Below are positions 1-12,697 of a DNA stretch of 64,000 nt, one piece after another. A program made the position numbers and the translations under genes. This DNA is from Eledone cirrhosa (taxonomy: Eukaryota): contig OZ024741.1 in assembly GCA_964016885.1 (NCBI GenBank), positions 34,100,001 to 34,164,000 of the forward strand. Reading direction: 5' to 3'. Under the pieces are notes generated by a model. The model worked only from the letters and a program-made list of their open reading frames with translations, made no database searches and had not been told where the DNA came from. Position 1 is the stretch's first letter. Each line of letters begins with the position of its first letter.

Positions 1-212
1 TCTACATATCTATCTACATACCTGCCTATCTATCTACCTGCCTACCTATCTATCTACCTGCCTACATATCTATCTACCAACCTACCTATCTACCTGCCTA
101 CCTACCTGCCTATCAATCTACCTGCCTACCTATCTACCTGCCTGCCTACCTATCTATCTACCTGCCTACCTATCTACCAATCAACATATTTGTCAACCAA
201 CCTATGTACCTA
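1..212. repeat. Degenerate (CTAC/CTAT/CTGC)n tetranucleotide microsatellite
   Basis: Direct reading: tatctacctgcctacctatc repeated. Confidence 0.9.
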
Positions 213-461
213 TTTCCCTTCTTTCTCTATATCTATCTCTTCTCCCCCCTCTCATCTGACCCCCCCCCCCCCCCCCTTCAACAGTAGCCAGTAACCTGAC
301 ACAGCAACATCCATAGTTTCCAGTTACTATCCACCAAAAGAATCGAAACTGTTGTTTCCATAGCAACCTTCAGATTCTGACAATTCCTACAGACCACACC
401 ATTCAGCTGGGGGGGGGGGGGTTAAAGATATTCTTTTTAACGAGAACAACATCAATATAAA

Positions 462-1790
462 AATGGTTTCTTATATAGGCACAAGGCCAGCAATTTTGGA
501 GGTGGGGAAAGTTGATTAAATCAACCCCAGTACGTTACTGGTGCTTTATTTTATCGACCCCGTAAGGATGAAAGCGAAGATAACCTTGGTGGGATTTGAA
601 CTCTATGCCGCGAAGCAGGGTGTCCAACGCTCTACCGATTCTGTCAATTCACAGCAGCAATATAATAATAATTCTATCTCATGTTGGCACAAGTCGAGTA
701 ATTTTGGGACAATGCAGAGTCAATTATATGAACCCCAGTATTTGTCTGGTACTTTATGGATTCCCAAAGAGTTGAAAAATAAAGTTGACTTCATCAGGAT
801 TCGAACTCATCAGGTAAAGAGACATAACTAGGGAGTTGTAAGACAATTTATCTGATGTTCTAATGAAGCTGCCAAGCCACCGAATAATAATAATAATAAT
901 TGTTTCTGCTTTTGGCACAAGGCCAGCAATAACCCAGTGCATTACTGGTACTTTATTTTATCAACCTCATAAGGATGAAAGGTAAAGTTAACCTTGGCGG
1001 GACTTGAACTCACACCGTAAAGGCCGTAACTCTATGCTGCAAAGCATGGCGTCTGACGCTCTATCGATACTGCCAAAATGGTTTCTACTTTAGGCACAGG
1101 GCCAACAATTTTTGGGGAAAGGGAAAGTTGATTAAATTGACTCCAGTACATTACTGGTACTTTATATTATCGACCTCGTAAGGATGAAAGGCAAAGTTAA
1201 CCATCGCGGGATTTGAATACAGAACGTAAAGGGCCGTACCCCTATGCCACTAAGCATGGTGTCCAGTGCTCTACTGACACTGCTAATCCACCACCTTAAT
1301 AATAATAATACTAATAATAATAATGGTTTCTGATTTAGGCACAAGGCCAGCAATTTTTTTTTGGGGGGGGGGGGTGGAGTTGATTAAATCGACTCCAGTG
1401 CATTACTGGTACTTTATCTTATTGACCCCGTTAGGATGAAAGGTAAGCTAACCTCGGCAGGATTTGAACTCAGAATGTAAAAGGTCACAACTAAATGCCA
1501 CAAAGTATTTTGTCTGATGCTCTACTGATTCTGCTGCCAATCCACCACTCTTACTATAATTGATATTAGTAAGATAATTGTCACAAAGCCATATATATGG
1601 ATTGATCAATCAATTCCCAATACCTGATTGATACTTTGTTTTATTGATCACTGGTGTATGTCCACCTCAGCAGGATTTGAACTCTGAATCTTAATTAATT
1701 GCATCATTTAATTTCAAAATAATAATTATGATAATAATGGTTTCTGATTTAGGCACAATTCAACCTCAGTATTTGACTGGTACTTTAGAA
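462..1790 (-). mobile_element. Cluster of tRNA-derived SINE family A copies (about five near-complete plus two partial), head-to-tail
   Basis: Recurring block ggcacaaggccagcaatt...ctggtactttattttatcgacccc..aaggatgaaaggcaaagttaacc...gggatttgaactc at about 462-655, 670-882, 883-1075, 1077-1296, 1297-1548, with partial copies at 1575-1690 and 1725-1790. The minus strand has a B-box (GAGTTCAAATCC), an A-box-like TGGCAGTATCGG and (ATT)n tails. Confidence 0.85.
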
Positions 1791-1859
1791 GAATTCAAGG
1801 CAGCTGCCAGTATTACTAACATTAATATGACCAACACTAATAACAACACTGCCTCTTCC

Positions 1860-2460
1860 TTCAACCCCACCACCCATTCTCTAGCCACACCACCAACAAG
1901 ACCATCACCACCACCTCCAACCTCACCACCACCACCACCTCCAACCTCACCACCAGTACCTCCAACCTCACCACCACCACTTTCTCCAACCTCGCCCACC
2001 ACTTTCTCCAACCTCACCCACCACCACCACCAACCTCACCCACCACCACTTTTTCCAACCTCACCCACCACCACCTCCAACCTCACCCACCACTTTCTCC
2101 AACCTCACCACCACCACCACCTCCAACCTCACCCACCACCACCTTCAACCTCACCCACCACTTTTTCCAACCTAACCACCCCACCTCCAACCTCACCACC
2201 AGTACCTCCAACCTCACCCACCACCACCTCCAACCTCACCCACCACCACCTCCAACCTCACCCACCACCACCTCCAACCTCACCCACCACCAGTACCTCC
2301 AACCTCACCCACCAGTACCTCCAACCTCACCCACCACCACCTCCAACCTCACCCACCACCACCTCCAACCTCACCCACCACCAGTACCTCCAACCTCACC
2401 CACCACCACCTCCAACCTCACCACCAGTTCCTCCAGCCCCACCACTAACACCACCACTAA
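1860..2460. repeat. C/A-rich minisatellite (cctccaacctcacccaccacca, about 21-24 bp unit)
   Basis: Direct tandem repeats; they explain the Pro/Thr-rich ORF 1728..2471. Confidence 0.85.
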
Positions 2461-2519
2461 TAATAAAATAAAACAATGCACCTTGCCCATAACACAGGTC
2501 AAATACAACCAACTTCTTC

Positions 2520-2695
2520 CAGAGGGGGGGGGGAAAGAATCAACCCCAGTAGTCAACTGGTACTTATTATTGACTTTGAGACAATGAAAAAGAAAGTTGA
2601 TCTCAGTGGGATTTGAACTCTCAACGCAGTGAGTCGGAACAAATTCCAAGGCAATTTTTACATCTGACGCCGTAACGACTCTGCCAATTTACTGC
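2520..2695 (-). mobile_element. Degenerate SINE family A copy
   Basis: ccccagtagtcaactggtacttattattgac...gggatttgaactc matches family A. Confidence 0.7.
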
Positions 2696-2908
2696 TAATA
2701 CTACTAAGTGAATGATTGAATAGATATTCTGCAATGGTAACTATGTGCAGTACCCTATCTGTTGGCCAATCTGTTGGTGTTGAACAGTGCAGCTGCACTG
2801 TTAATGGTTAGGTTGGTTAGTGCAGTGTAGGGTGGTGCTGCACATGATGCTACTGTTGTTGTTTATCTGTGTGTTTGCATACTGTGATTAGTTGTGTGTA
2901 TGTGAAGG

Positions 2909-2943
<35 letters not shown>

Positions 2944-3092
2944 GTGTATATGTGTGTGAGTGTGTATATATGTATATATGAATGTGTATGTATGTATATG
3001 TATATATATATGTATATGTGTGCGTCTGGCCAACTATCATTTCTATTCTATCAGAAACAATGTATAATTTTATTCTATCATGTGTGTATATG

Positions 3093-3131
<39 letters not shown>

Positions 3132-3214
3132 CAGTGTATATTTACACACATATATATACACACACACTCTTATATAGCTAATCATCACCTATATTCTGTT
3201 AGTAATATGTCATA

Positions 3215-3410
3215 ACAATAATTGTTTCTACTTTTGGCACAAGGCCAGCAATTACCCAGTTCATTACTGGTACTTTATTTTATCAACCCCGTAAGGATGA
3301 AAGGCAAAGTTAACCTCGACGGGATTTGAACTCAGAATGGCAAGGGCCGTAACTCTATGCATCACAGCATGGCGTCCGACCCTCTACCGATACTGCCAAT
3401 CCACCGCCCA
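3215..3410 (-). mobile_element. SINE family A, full-length
   Basis: Reverse complement of the copy at 7871-8062; A-box and B-box present. Confidence 0.85.
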
Positions 3411-3444
3411 ATATGTCATAACAATAATGTTCACTTATGTGTAG

Positions 3445-4024
3445 CATATATATATAACAATAGTAGTGTGTGTGTGTGTAACAATAGTAGTGTGTGTGTA
3501 ACAATAGTAGTGTGTGTGTATATTTTGTCTAAACTACAAACGAAAAATAAGACACACACACCAACCACCAATATATCTCCCCATACATACTCACACACTC
3601 ACATACACACACAATATATCTCCTCAAACATACACACACAATATATCTTCTCAAACATACACACACACACATACATGAACCACCAATATATCTCCACACA
3701 CATACACGAACCACCAATATATCTCCACACATACACGAACAGCACACACACACACAACACAACAAACCCACACACATACAACACACACACACACAACAAA
3801 GCACACACACAACACACACACATACCCACAGACACACAACACACACGCACAACACAACACAACGCAACGCAACGCAACACAACAACACACAACACACCTA
3901 TACTCCCCCCCCCCCCCTCTATCCTAACCAAACCAGTGTTGGAGATGTTCCAGGCGGCTGTATTTTCATTACATTCAATGATTTCCACTTATATGCACGG
4001 TCTGTGTCCAGCGGACTCTCTCTC

Positions 4025-4071
<47 letters not shown>

Positions 4072-4695
4072 GTGTGTTTGTGTATGTATATGTATATATG
4101 TTGTATCTGTGTATGTATGTATATATGTTGTATGTGTATGAATGTGTGTGTGTATGAATATGTTGTGTGTGTACGTATGTATATATGTTGTATGTTGTGT
4201 ATGTATGTATGTATATATGTGTATATGTTGTATGTTGTGTATATATGTATGTATATATATATATATATGTTGTATGTATGTGTGTCTATGTATATATGTT
4301 GTGTATGTATATATGTTGTGTGTGCATGTGTGAATGTATGTTGTGTATATATGTATGTATATATGTTGTATGTGTGTGTGTCTGTTTATATGTTGTGTGT
4401 GCATGTGTGAATGTATGTTGTGTATATATGTATGTGTATGTATATATGTTGTATGTGTATGTATATATGTTGTATGCATGTGTGTATGTATATATATTTT
4501 ATGTCTGTATGTGTGTATGTATAGTATATGTGTATTTGCATGTTTACATGTCCTGAAATCTGTCCACTATTCCCTCACCTTATGTATGTGTGTGTATATG
4601 TGTATGTGTGTGTATTCGTGTATGTGTGTGTATATGTGTATGTGTGCGTATGTATACGTGTATGTATGTATACGTGTATATGTGTGTGTGTGTGA
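3445..4695. repeat. Compound (CA)n / (CT)n / (TATG)n low-complexity region
   Basis: Direct reading. Confidence 0.85.
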
Positions 4696-5709
4696 CTACT
4701 TTCTCCCTCTTCCCTCTCTTTTCTACATTTAAAAAGAAACTCGTTTCAGCTCCTAATGACTGACCAAATTATAAAAGACAGGAACTAATTGCTATGGAAG
4801 TTAATTTATTACCAGACTACACTCCTTCTCCACCCCACCCACCTCTCTATCCCTCTCACTCTCTCTCTCACTCCCTCTCTATCCCTCTCACTCTCTCTTG
4901 ACCCTCCATCTCTCTTCGTCTCTATTTCCATCCCCCTCTCCGTCTTACTGTCTGTCTGTAGCTCCCCCTGTCTCCCCCTCTCTCTCCTGCCCCCCCCCCC
5001 CCCCCCCCGTCTCCCCATCTCTCCTTCCCCCCTGTCTCCTCACAGTCACCACACTAACCCACCTCATCTCCTCCTTTCACTCAGTCTACTGACCATGTTA
5101 AGCACCAAAGCCAATAGGTTTTATGTGCAACAAGTGTTGTCTAGTCACGTGAGTGTTTCTCTTGACACAGTTGATACCTCTCACTTGCAGTGTCTTCATA
5201 TCCTGCCAATATCCCAGCAAACTCAACACCAAAGTAAAACAAACCACTGTTGTTTTAATCTTAAACTCATTACCATATTTCTAATGGAAAACACTGCCTG
5301 TGATTTTCATTTTCAAATAAATTTTCAAAATAATTAACAATTTAGAAAGATTTAGTAATATATCTAACTTTCTCATTATCAAACAGGCCATATCCGGCCA
5401 GACTTCTCTCACCTCTTTCTGTTCAAACCGGCTGTAACTGACCGCTCATACTGATGTTAAGGTATTGTTTCCAAAATAAATAATATCAAAATCTCGTAGA
5501 TTTGATATAATTATAACCACTTTAACCCTTTCTTTACCACATTTCTAATGAAAGACACAGTTTGGAACATAACTTAACAAAGTAAGTTTCTTACATAAAA
5601 TTATGATGGGAGGTTTTTAGATAAAAGAAATGGCTTTGTATCATTGAACCAGGGGCATTTTAAAGTTAAGATGTAAGGTTATCTAAAGAGACAGAGGTGT
5701 GAGATCAGC

Positions 5710-5940
5710 ACTGCCATCATCACCATTGTTTACACCGGTTAGTTTGTCACACTATGAAGATAGGCAGATCAGGTAGGGACATGTTGCTCATAGGTTCTCT
5801 CTCTGACATCGTTTACTATGGCTGTATTCCATTCCTAACACCAACCACCTTACTGTTTAGACAGGGTGCTTTTTGTTATGTCATCAGCACAACCACCATA
5901 CAGGATGGGTGCATGCTTTTTCTCATGACACGTGTATCAG
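5710..5940 (-). mobile_element. Old RTE 3'-UTR / SINE-tail fragment
   Basis: ttcctaacaccaaccacctt...gggtgcttttt resembles the RTE 3' UTRs at 31380-31650 and 55120-55400. Confidence 0.55.
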
Positions 5941-7166
5941 GATAGAACCAGTTCAAGAGTACTCAATACTTGGGACACTAGCGTATGGCTATGTTATAAT
6001 ATATATACATATAGAAACCAAGCCAGAAACAATTCTCTACTTTGGTGGGGTTTGAACTCTAGTATTCATCCAACATTCTACCATTTCTGTCACCCCAACA
6101 CACTTATTCACTCAACAATACAGCCTCTATATGGTTGCTCAATCTGTTAGAAATACTAATCAAATCTACCTCAAACCATACCCTACCGTCTTTAAAAAGG
6201 AAGGACACATTTCCTAGCATAGTCCGAGATACACTGCCTGAAATAAAGATGATATAAGTCTGCTCATTCAGAGCTTACCTGGGGCTAAATAACATTAATT
6301 GTACCCATATAATATAGCCTTTATTCAGCTAACTATAACCTAGTACTTTGGTGAACTGTATCTCACTATGGTGCTTATTTGTGATCGTGCCTTGGGTCAT
6401 GAAAAAAACAGGGCCCTTTGTAAAGCAGACATTGGAAGACAGAAAACAAGTTGATTTTGTTGTCTAGCCTCAAGTCAACCTTCATTAAACAGATCCATGA
6501 TCAAAGGCATTCCAGTTGTGATCATACAGCTTTTTTAGTGTTATGTAGGACTTTAATTAAAACCGTATGGTATGATTTATGGGAGATTTTAGTGCTATCT
6601 CTAGCAGATTGCTTGACCACATAGAACCTCTCCACCACCACTTCCTTCTTGTGAAGTGAATGTCATAATAGCAGTGATATATTGGGGAGAAGTCAATTCA
6701 ATCAAGCTTAAGTGCTGTGTTCATCAATTTGTGGCTGTGTGCCAACAGTATCAGAGAATCATGTTTGTAGTCGATTCATGAATGAAATGTGTCTTTGAGA
6801 ATGAGGTAACCAACCAATCTTCTCCCACCCCACCTCTCTATCAAGCAAGGTGGCCAGAGGAAGAGGAGGGCTTTGAGAGGAATTTCAGGAACGCTAATGG
6901 TGTCATGGCACCCCTCACCACTGATGAAGTGATGGCTGGGAGTAGGGTCGATGTTGTATGTTACACTTTCTCACATTGGCAACAGCAGCAGCCTGTTGGC
7001 CACTCCCCTCATATTCTGTTGATTCAAATATGTCACTATATGTGTAGGTATGTGTGTATATATATATAAACCCATGCTAGTGTGGAAGATAGACGTTAAT
7101 CGATGATGATGATGATGATATATATATACTAGCATAGAAAAACATGCAGATATGATTGCTTGTTAG

Positions 7167-7224
<58 letters not shown>

Positions 7225-7295
7225 CCCCTTCATGTATATCAGTGTCATTGCAATTTGCAAATGGCTGCACATAGTGGTAGTTTGAATGTCAGAAA

Positions 7296-7623
7296 TCATT
7301 TTCATTTCATTTCATTTTTACGTCCGCTTTTCCCTTCTTGCAAAGGTGGGACGGCAACTGATTCTGGCTTGATGCCCTTCCTAACACCAACCTCATTTAC
7401 AGTGAGTGCTGGTGGCTTTTTTGCCGTGGCACCTCCATGACCACTTTGCAGTGGAATGATAGGGACTCCAGTCCCTATCATCTCATTTCTACAGCTGAGT
7501 AAACTGGAGCAATGTGAAATAAAGTGTCTTGCTCAAGGAAACAACACATCACCCGGTCTGAGAATTGAACTCACAACCTTTCGATTGCAAGGCCAATGCT
7601 CTAACCACTAAGCCATGTGCCTC
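7296..7623 (-). mobile_element. tRNA-derived SINE family B with RTE-type tail (small internal deletion)
   Basis: Reverse complement of 11591-11932. Confidence 0.88.
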
Positions 7624-7661
7624 AAATAATGATAATAATTATTAGTAGTAGTATTAGTAGT

Positions 7662-8062
7662 ATTGGTAAAACACTGGACAACATGGTTTATGGCATAGTG
7701 TTACGCCCCTTTACGATCTGAGTTCAAATCCTGCTGAGGCTAGCTTTACCTTTCATCCTAACATGGTTGATGAAATAAAGTACCAGTAATACACTGGTGT
7801 CGATTTAATCGACTCCCCCCTCCCCCCAAAAATTGTTGGCTTGGTGCCTAAATCAGAAACCATTATTTTAGGGCAGCGGATTGGCAGTATCGGTAGAGGG
7901 TCGGACGCCATGCTTTCCAGCATAGTTACGTCCCCTTATGATCTGAATTCAAATCCCGCCGAGGTTAACTTTGCCTTTCATCCTTACGGAGTCGATAAAA
8001 TAAAGTACCAGTAATGCACTGAGTAATTGCTGGCCTTGTGCCAAAAAGTAGAAACAATTATT
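7662..8062 (+). mobile_element. Two tandem SINE family A copies (7662-7867 and 7871-8062)
   Basis: ttggcagtatcggtag (A-box), gagttcaaatcc / gaattcaaatcc (B-box), central gcctttcatcct...gtcgataaaataaagtaccag domain and attatt tail. Confidence 0.85.
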
Positions 8063-8792
8063 TTAGTGGTGTATTGTAATCTTTAGTCACTGAAATGATT
8101 GCTGTGGTGGTGCAGGTGGTGGAGAAGGTATTTTTTAAAACACTTATCGATTATCTAATGATCTACCCCCTCACCACCACCACCACCACCAGTTTGACTG
8201 TGTATAAATCATGTCAGAAAAGGCATTCAGCTGTACAATTCAGCCTCGAAAACTTTTGTACAACCCATGCCAGCATGGAAAAAACAAAATGAATGTAATA
8301 CTATTGATGATGATGATGATATATGTGTGTATGTGTGTGTACGTGTGTGTGTACACATTGTTGATTGCTCTTTATACAAAAGTCAATACTTCCTAATGTA
8401 ATGTATATACCTGAATATGTGTGTAGTTGTTTGGATGTGTGTGTGTATGTGTACTGGTTGTGTGTGTGTATGTAGCTGTTTGTGTGTGTGTGTGTGTGTA
8501 GTTTGTGTGTATGTTTGTATTATTTTGTTAATTACTCTGTCTAAAAATGTGTGTGTGTGTATATATATATATATTGGTGTGTATGTTGTCTGTGTATGTG
8601 TATAAATGTGTGTTAATAGTTCTTAGTGCACTGGTTGGTACTAATGACTATGACTATAAAATTGTGTGTATGCATGCTTTATAGGTGCACACACACACAC
8701 ACATGATGATATACATACATACCAGTGTTTAATGCTTTTTAACCTAATGCGTTAGTCCTACTTTGTATGCCGTTACTTATACATGTATGTAT

Positions 8793-9050
8793 GTCATCAT
8801 CATCATCATTTAACATCCTTTTTTCCAAGCTAGCATATGTTAGACAAGTTGTCCCATTGTGAGACAAGCCAGATCAGGTGACTATGTCTTGCTCATACAA
8901 AACAGATTCTGGTTAGGTTTCTATGGCTGGGTGCCCTTCCTGGCGCCAACAACATTTACAGTATATTGGGTGCTTTTTGTCATGACACCTCCACGACCAC
9001 TTTACAGTGTGGACTGGTTGCCTTTTTGTCATGACCACTTTACAGTGTAG
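8793..9050 (-). mobile_element. RTE 3'-UTR fragment with (CAT)n tail
   Basis: catcatcatttaacatcc...ggctgggtgcccttcc matches the RTE 3' ends elsewhere in the window. Confidence 0.65.
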
Positions 9051-9084
9051 ATCACACATACACACATGTATATACAGGTACCAA

Positions 9085-9390
9085 CATAGCTGTGTGATTA
9101 AGAAGTTTGCTTCACAGACCACATGGTTTCAGGTGGTTCGGTCTCACTTTGTGACACCTGGAGCAAGTGTCTTCTACTATAGCCACAGGTTGACCTCAAT
9201 CTAACTAAATGGCACTTAGAGCAAGTGTCTTAGCCTCAGGTTGACCAATGCTTTCTGAGTTGAACAAAGATCAATAACAGTAATACCAGACTTTAAAATA
9301 AAATAGAAAATTAAGCATTAAAACCCTTCTAGATGGTGCCCCAGCATGGCCTCAATCCATTGACTGACACCAGTAAAAAGAATAGAAAAA
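9085..9390 (+). mobile_element. Degenerate SINE remnants
   Basis: gctgtgtgattaagaagtttgcttc head and two gagcaagtgtctt central-domain motifs; a related head occurs at about 30375-30405. Confidence 0.5.
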
Positions 9391-9846
9391 TAATATTTAT
9401 AATTCCCCAACATTTGCATATTAAGAAAAAGAAGAAAAAAACATGGTAAAAGTAAGAGGGAGGGGACAGCATATTCTACACCTTGGTGGTATATCTCATT
9501 TGTGTCCTATGGATAAAATGACAGTCATTGCTGCGGGGAAATAGCCAGCAACACACACTGCATCATCCACCCTATCTTACAAGGCTCCTTCCTCAGGTAC
9601 GATGCACTCTTTGTAATTTTGTAGAGGAAAGTGGTAGTTAGGGTATTTAAGACACCTGAATGTGTGTGTATTTAGTGAAGCTGGTAACACCTGATAGGTC
9701 CCTAACACTGCAGTCTCCTCTCTTCTACACACCACCGCTACACTCCACCTCTACTACACACTACCTCTTATACACACCACCTCTTATACACCCTACCCTG
9801 CCTATTCACCACTTTCTCTATACACCACTACCTTCTATACACCATC

Positions 9847-10038
9847 ACCTCCCTAGTGTTGGTGATTTACATGATAAATGCACCCAGTACACACTGTAAA
9901 GTAGTTGGTGATAGGAAGGGTATCCAGACAGAAATCTTATTGGCAAGATTTCTACGGCTGGATGCCTTTCCTATCACCAATTACTTTACAGTGTGTACTG
10001 GGTATATTTATCATGTAAATCACCAACACTAGGGAGGT
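9847..10038. repeat. Fold-back palindrome with about 90-bp arms, derived from a SINE/RTE-tail repeat
   Basis: acctccctagtgttggtgatttacatg...gaaatctt, loop attggc, then aagatttc...catgtaaatcaccaacactagggaggt. Confidence 0.9.
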
Positions 10039-10727
10039 TGTCATATCCTTGACATCACTGAGGGGTCCTCCCAGCCCTTCCTATCACCAACACTAATTGG
10101 TTTATGATACTTAATTTCAGGCAATTTTCCCTGTTGTTGAGGGTAATGTTGTACCCAAGACATGCTTTTGCGTTTAACACAGTAACCTACTGTAGTTTGA
10201 CTGTGAACAGTTGTGTTTAACACAGTGACCTATGGCAGTTTGACTAAGAACAGTTGTATGAAGGACAAATCTCCTCATTTGGTTGGCTTACCCTGCAATC
10301 TTTGTGAACACATATGAGGAGTGTTTTTTGCTTATGATGGACATGAATAAAGGAGATACCATCGACAATTTTTGGCTCATAATTCTACTGAATGCAGGTG
10401 TTAGAATTTGGGCCATTTTGTTTTTGAAAAGGTTGCTACTTGTTATGGTGTGGGTGGGGATGCTGTCAACCTGAGCAATTCCTGACAGATCTATCCACAA
10501 CGACTTTCATCTTATATGGTCCATTTTAAATAAACCTGGCTAGGTACGTCTTTGATCAATACACAATACAAGTGAATGTACCTACTCTCAGAATATTAGC
10601 TATTGGAGGGAGAACACAGCTGTTAGAGGTGGAGGGTAAGTTAGTTGGTGGTGGAGGATACTCATTCAGATGTCTATTTTAGAGAATGATACAGATTTAG
10701 ATAGAAAGTTATAGATTGTTCAATTAT

Positions 10728-11580
10728 TGGCCACTTTCTGATAGGTTTGTGATAGAGCCTATGGCAGTGGAAACTTCCGGTGTTCTTGACCCCTGAACCA
10801 CATCCCTACCCACTCAGCCTCTCTCAAATAGGTTTGTGGTAGAGTCTATAGCAGTGGAAACTTCCAGTGTTCTTGACCCCTGGACCACATCCCTACCCAC
10901 TCAGCCTCTCTCAAATAGGTTTGTGGTAGAGTCTGTAGCAGTGGAAACTTCCGGTGTTCTTGACCCCTGGACCACATCCCTACCCACTCAGCCACTCTCA
11001 AATAGGTTTGTGGTAGAGTCTGTAGCAGTGGAAACTTCTGGTGTTCTTGACCCCTGGACCACATCCCTACTCACTCAGCCACTCTCAAATAGGTTTGTGG
11101 TAGAGTCTGTAGCAGTGGAAACTTCTGGTGTTCTTGACCCCCAGATCATTTCCCTACTCACTCAGCCACTCTCAAATAGGTTTGTGGTAGAGTCTGTAGC
11201 AGTGGAAACTTCTGGTGTTCTTGACCCCTGGACCACATCCCTACCCACTCAGCCACTCTCAAATAGGTTTGTGGTAGAGTCTGTAGAGGTGGAAACTTCT
11301 GGTGTTCTTGACCCCTGGACCACATCCCTACTCACTCAGCCACTCTCAAATAGGTTTGTGGTAGAGTCTGTAGCAGTGGAAACTTCTGGTGTTCTTGACC
11401 CCCGGATCATTTCCCTACTCACTGCTATCAGAGTGGAGTTGGCTTCCCGCAGGTGTGAGCCCTGTGAGGTGGAGTGGTTGTTTCATCATGTCTCCTTCAC
11501 TGTCCTCCAGGGCAATGTACTCCGTCCTGTTGGTTGGGACCCAGAATTGGAGGGTACGTTAGTTGGTAGTGGGGGATACT
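10728..11580 (+). mobile_element. 3' fragment of an REL-endonuclease (CRE-like) non-LTR retrotransposon with an internal 87-bp unit amplified 8 times
   Basis: ORF 10836..11606 has 29-aa repeats FVVESVAVETSGVLDPWTTSLPTQPLSNR, followed by LLTAIRVELASRRCEPCEVEWLFHHVSFTVLQGN. This resembles the AVETxG...WLFQRxSxAVQRGN C-terminus of CRE-clade elements (recognition from memory, not a search). Confidence 0.65.
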
Positions 11581-11590
11581 CGTTCATATG

Positions 11591-11932
11591 GAGGCACATG
11601 GCTTAGTGGTTAGAGCATTGGGCTTGCAATCGAAAGGTTGTGAGTTCAATTCTCAGACCGGGTGATGTGTTGTTTCCTTGAGCAAGACACTTTATTTCAC
11701 ATTGCTCCAGTTTACTCAGCTGTAGAAATGAGATGATAGGGACTGGGGTCCATATCATTCCACTGCAAAGTGGTCGTGGAGGTGCCACAGCAAAAAAGTA
11801 CCCAGCACTCACTGTAAATGAGGTTGGTGTTAGGAAGGGCATCCAGCTGTAGAAATCAAGCCAGAATCAGTTCCTGTCTCACCCTTGCAAGCAGGGAAAA
11901 GTGGACGTAAAATGATAATGATGATGATGATG
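11591..11932 (+). mobile_element. tRNA-derived SINE family B, full-length
   Basis: A-box TGGCTTAGTGG, B-box GAGTTCAATTC, central ccttgagcaagacactt domain, 3' gttaggaagggcatccagc shared with RTE, and (ATG)n tail. Confidence 0.9.
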
Positions 11933-12662
11933 TCACTTTCACTCATATTCTAAAAATAAAGAGTTTCCACTATTCTATTTTAGAGAGAATGATATAGATT
12001 TAGATAGAAAGCTATAGTTCAATTATATTATATAAAATGTTCCACTGCCTCACCAGTTAACAGGTGTGTTAAATCAGAGGATATGTTGTACCTTGAGAGG
12101 GGAGGAAGACATCTTTTCAACTCCTGCATTCTATATACCCACCATGTTGCACCTATACAGAGACAGAACACTGTGGAGAGAACATCTCCACTATATGTAA
12201 TAGGTTTGTGGTAGAGCCTGTAGTAGTGAAGACTTCCGGACCACATCCCTACTCACTGCTATCAGAGGCAGACAAGCTATAGAAAGATAGAAGGGCTATA
12301 ATTTACAAAGCCCAGGTGCACTCTCCGAATATTAACTGTTGGAGGGAGAACACAGCTGTGTGAGGACACCTACCATTGTCAGTGAGAATAATACAGGATC
12401 AGTTCTATTATTTTTGTATTTCGTACTTTTAATATCCCATCGGTAATGTTTTAAGGTAATAATGACAACATTATATCCACCATCATCTTCATTAACATAA
12501 GTGCATCTCCCTACCTACCTACTTCCCACTTTACCTACTTATTGACTGTTACAATTTGGAGCATCCCAACCTTTAGCAATGTTGTGTGTGTGTCCATACC
12601 TGAGAACCTGTTTATCACCTTCCACTCCACCCCACCTCCACCTCATATCACACGTCACACGT

Positions 12663-12697
<35 letters not shown>

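Noticed and set aside
1728-2471. Extensin-like Pro-rich ORF
   Set aside because: It begins inside a SINE remnant and runs through a minisatellite with phase changes.
10288-10500. Minus-strand exon ending at a GTAAGC donor
   Set aside because: No convincing acceptor and no recognisable peptide.
11591-11662. tRNA gene
   Set aside because: The tRNA-like head continues directly into the SINE body and occurs in four copies in the window; there is no convincing acceptor stem or terminator.
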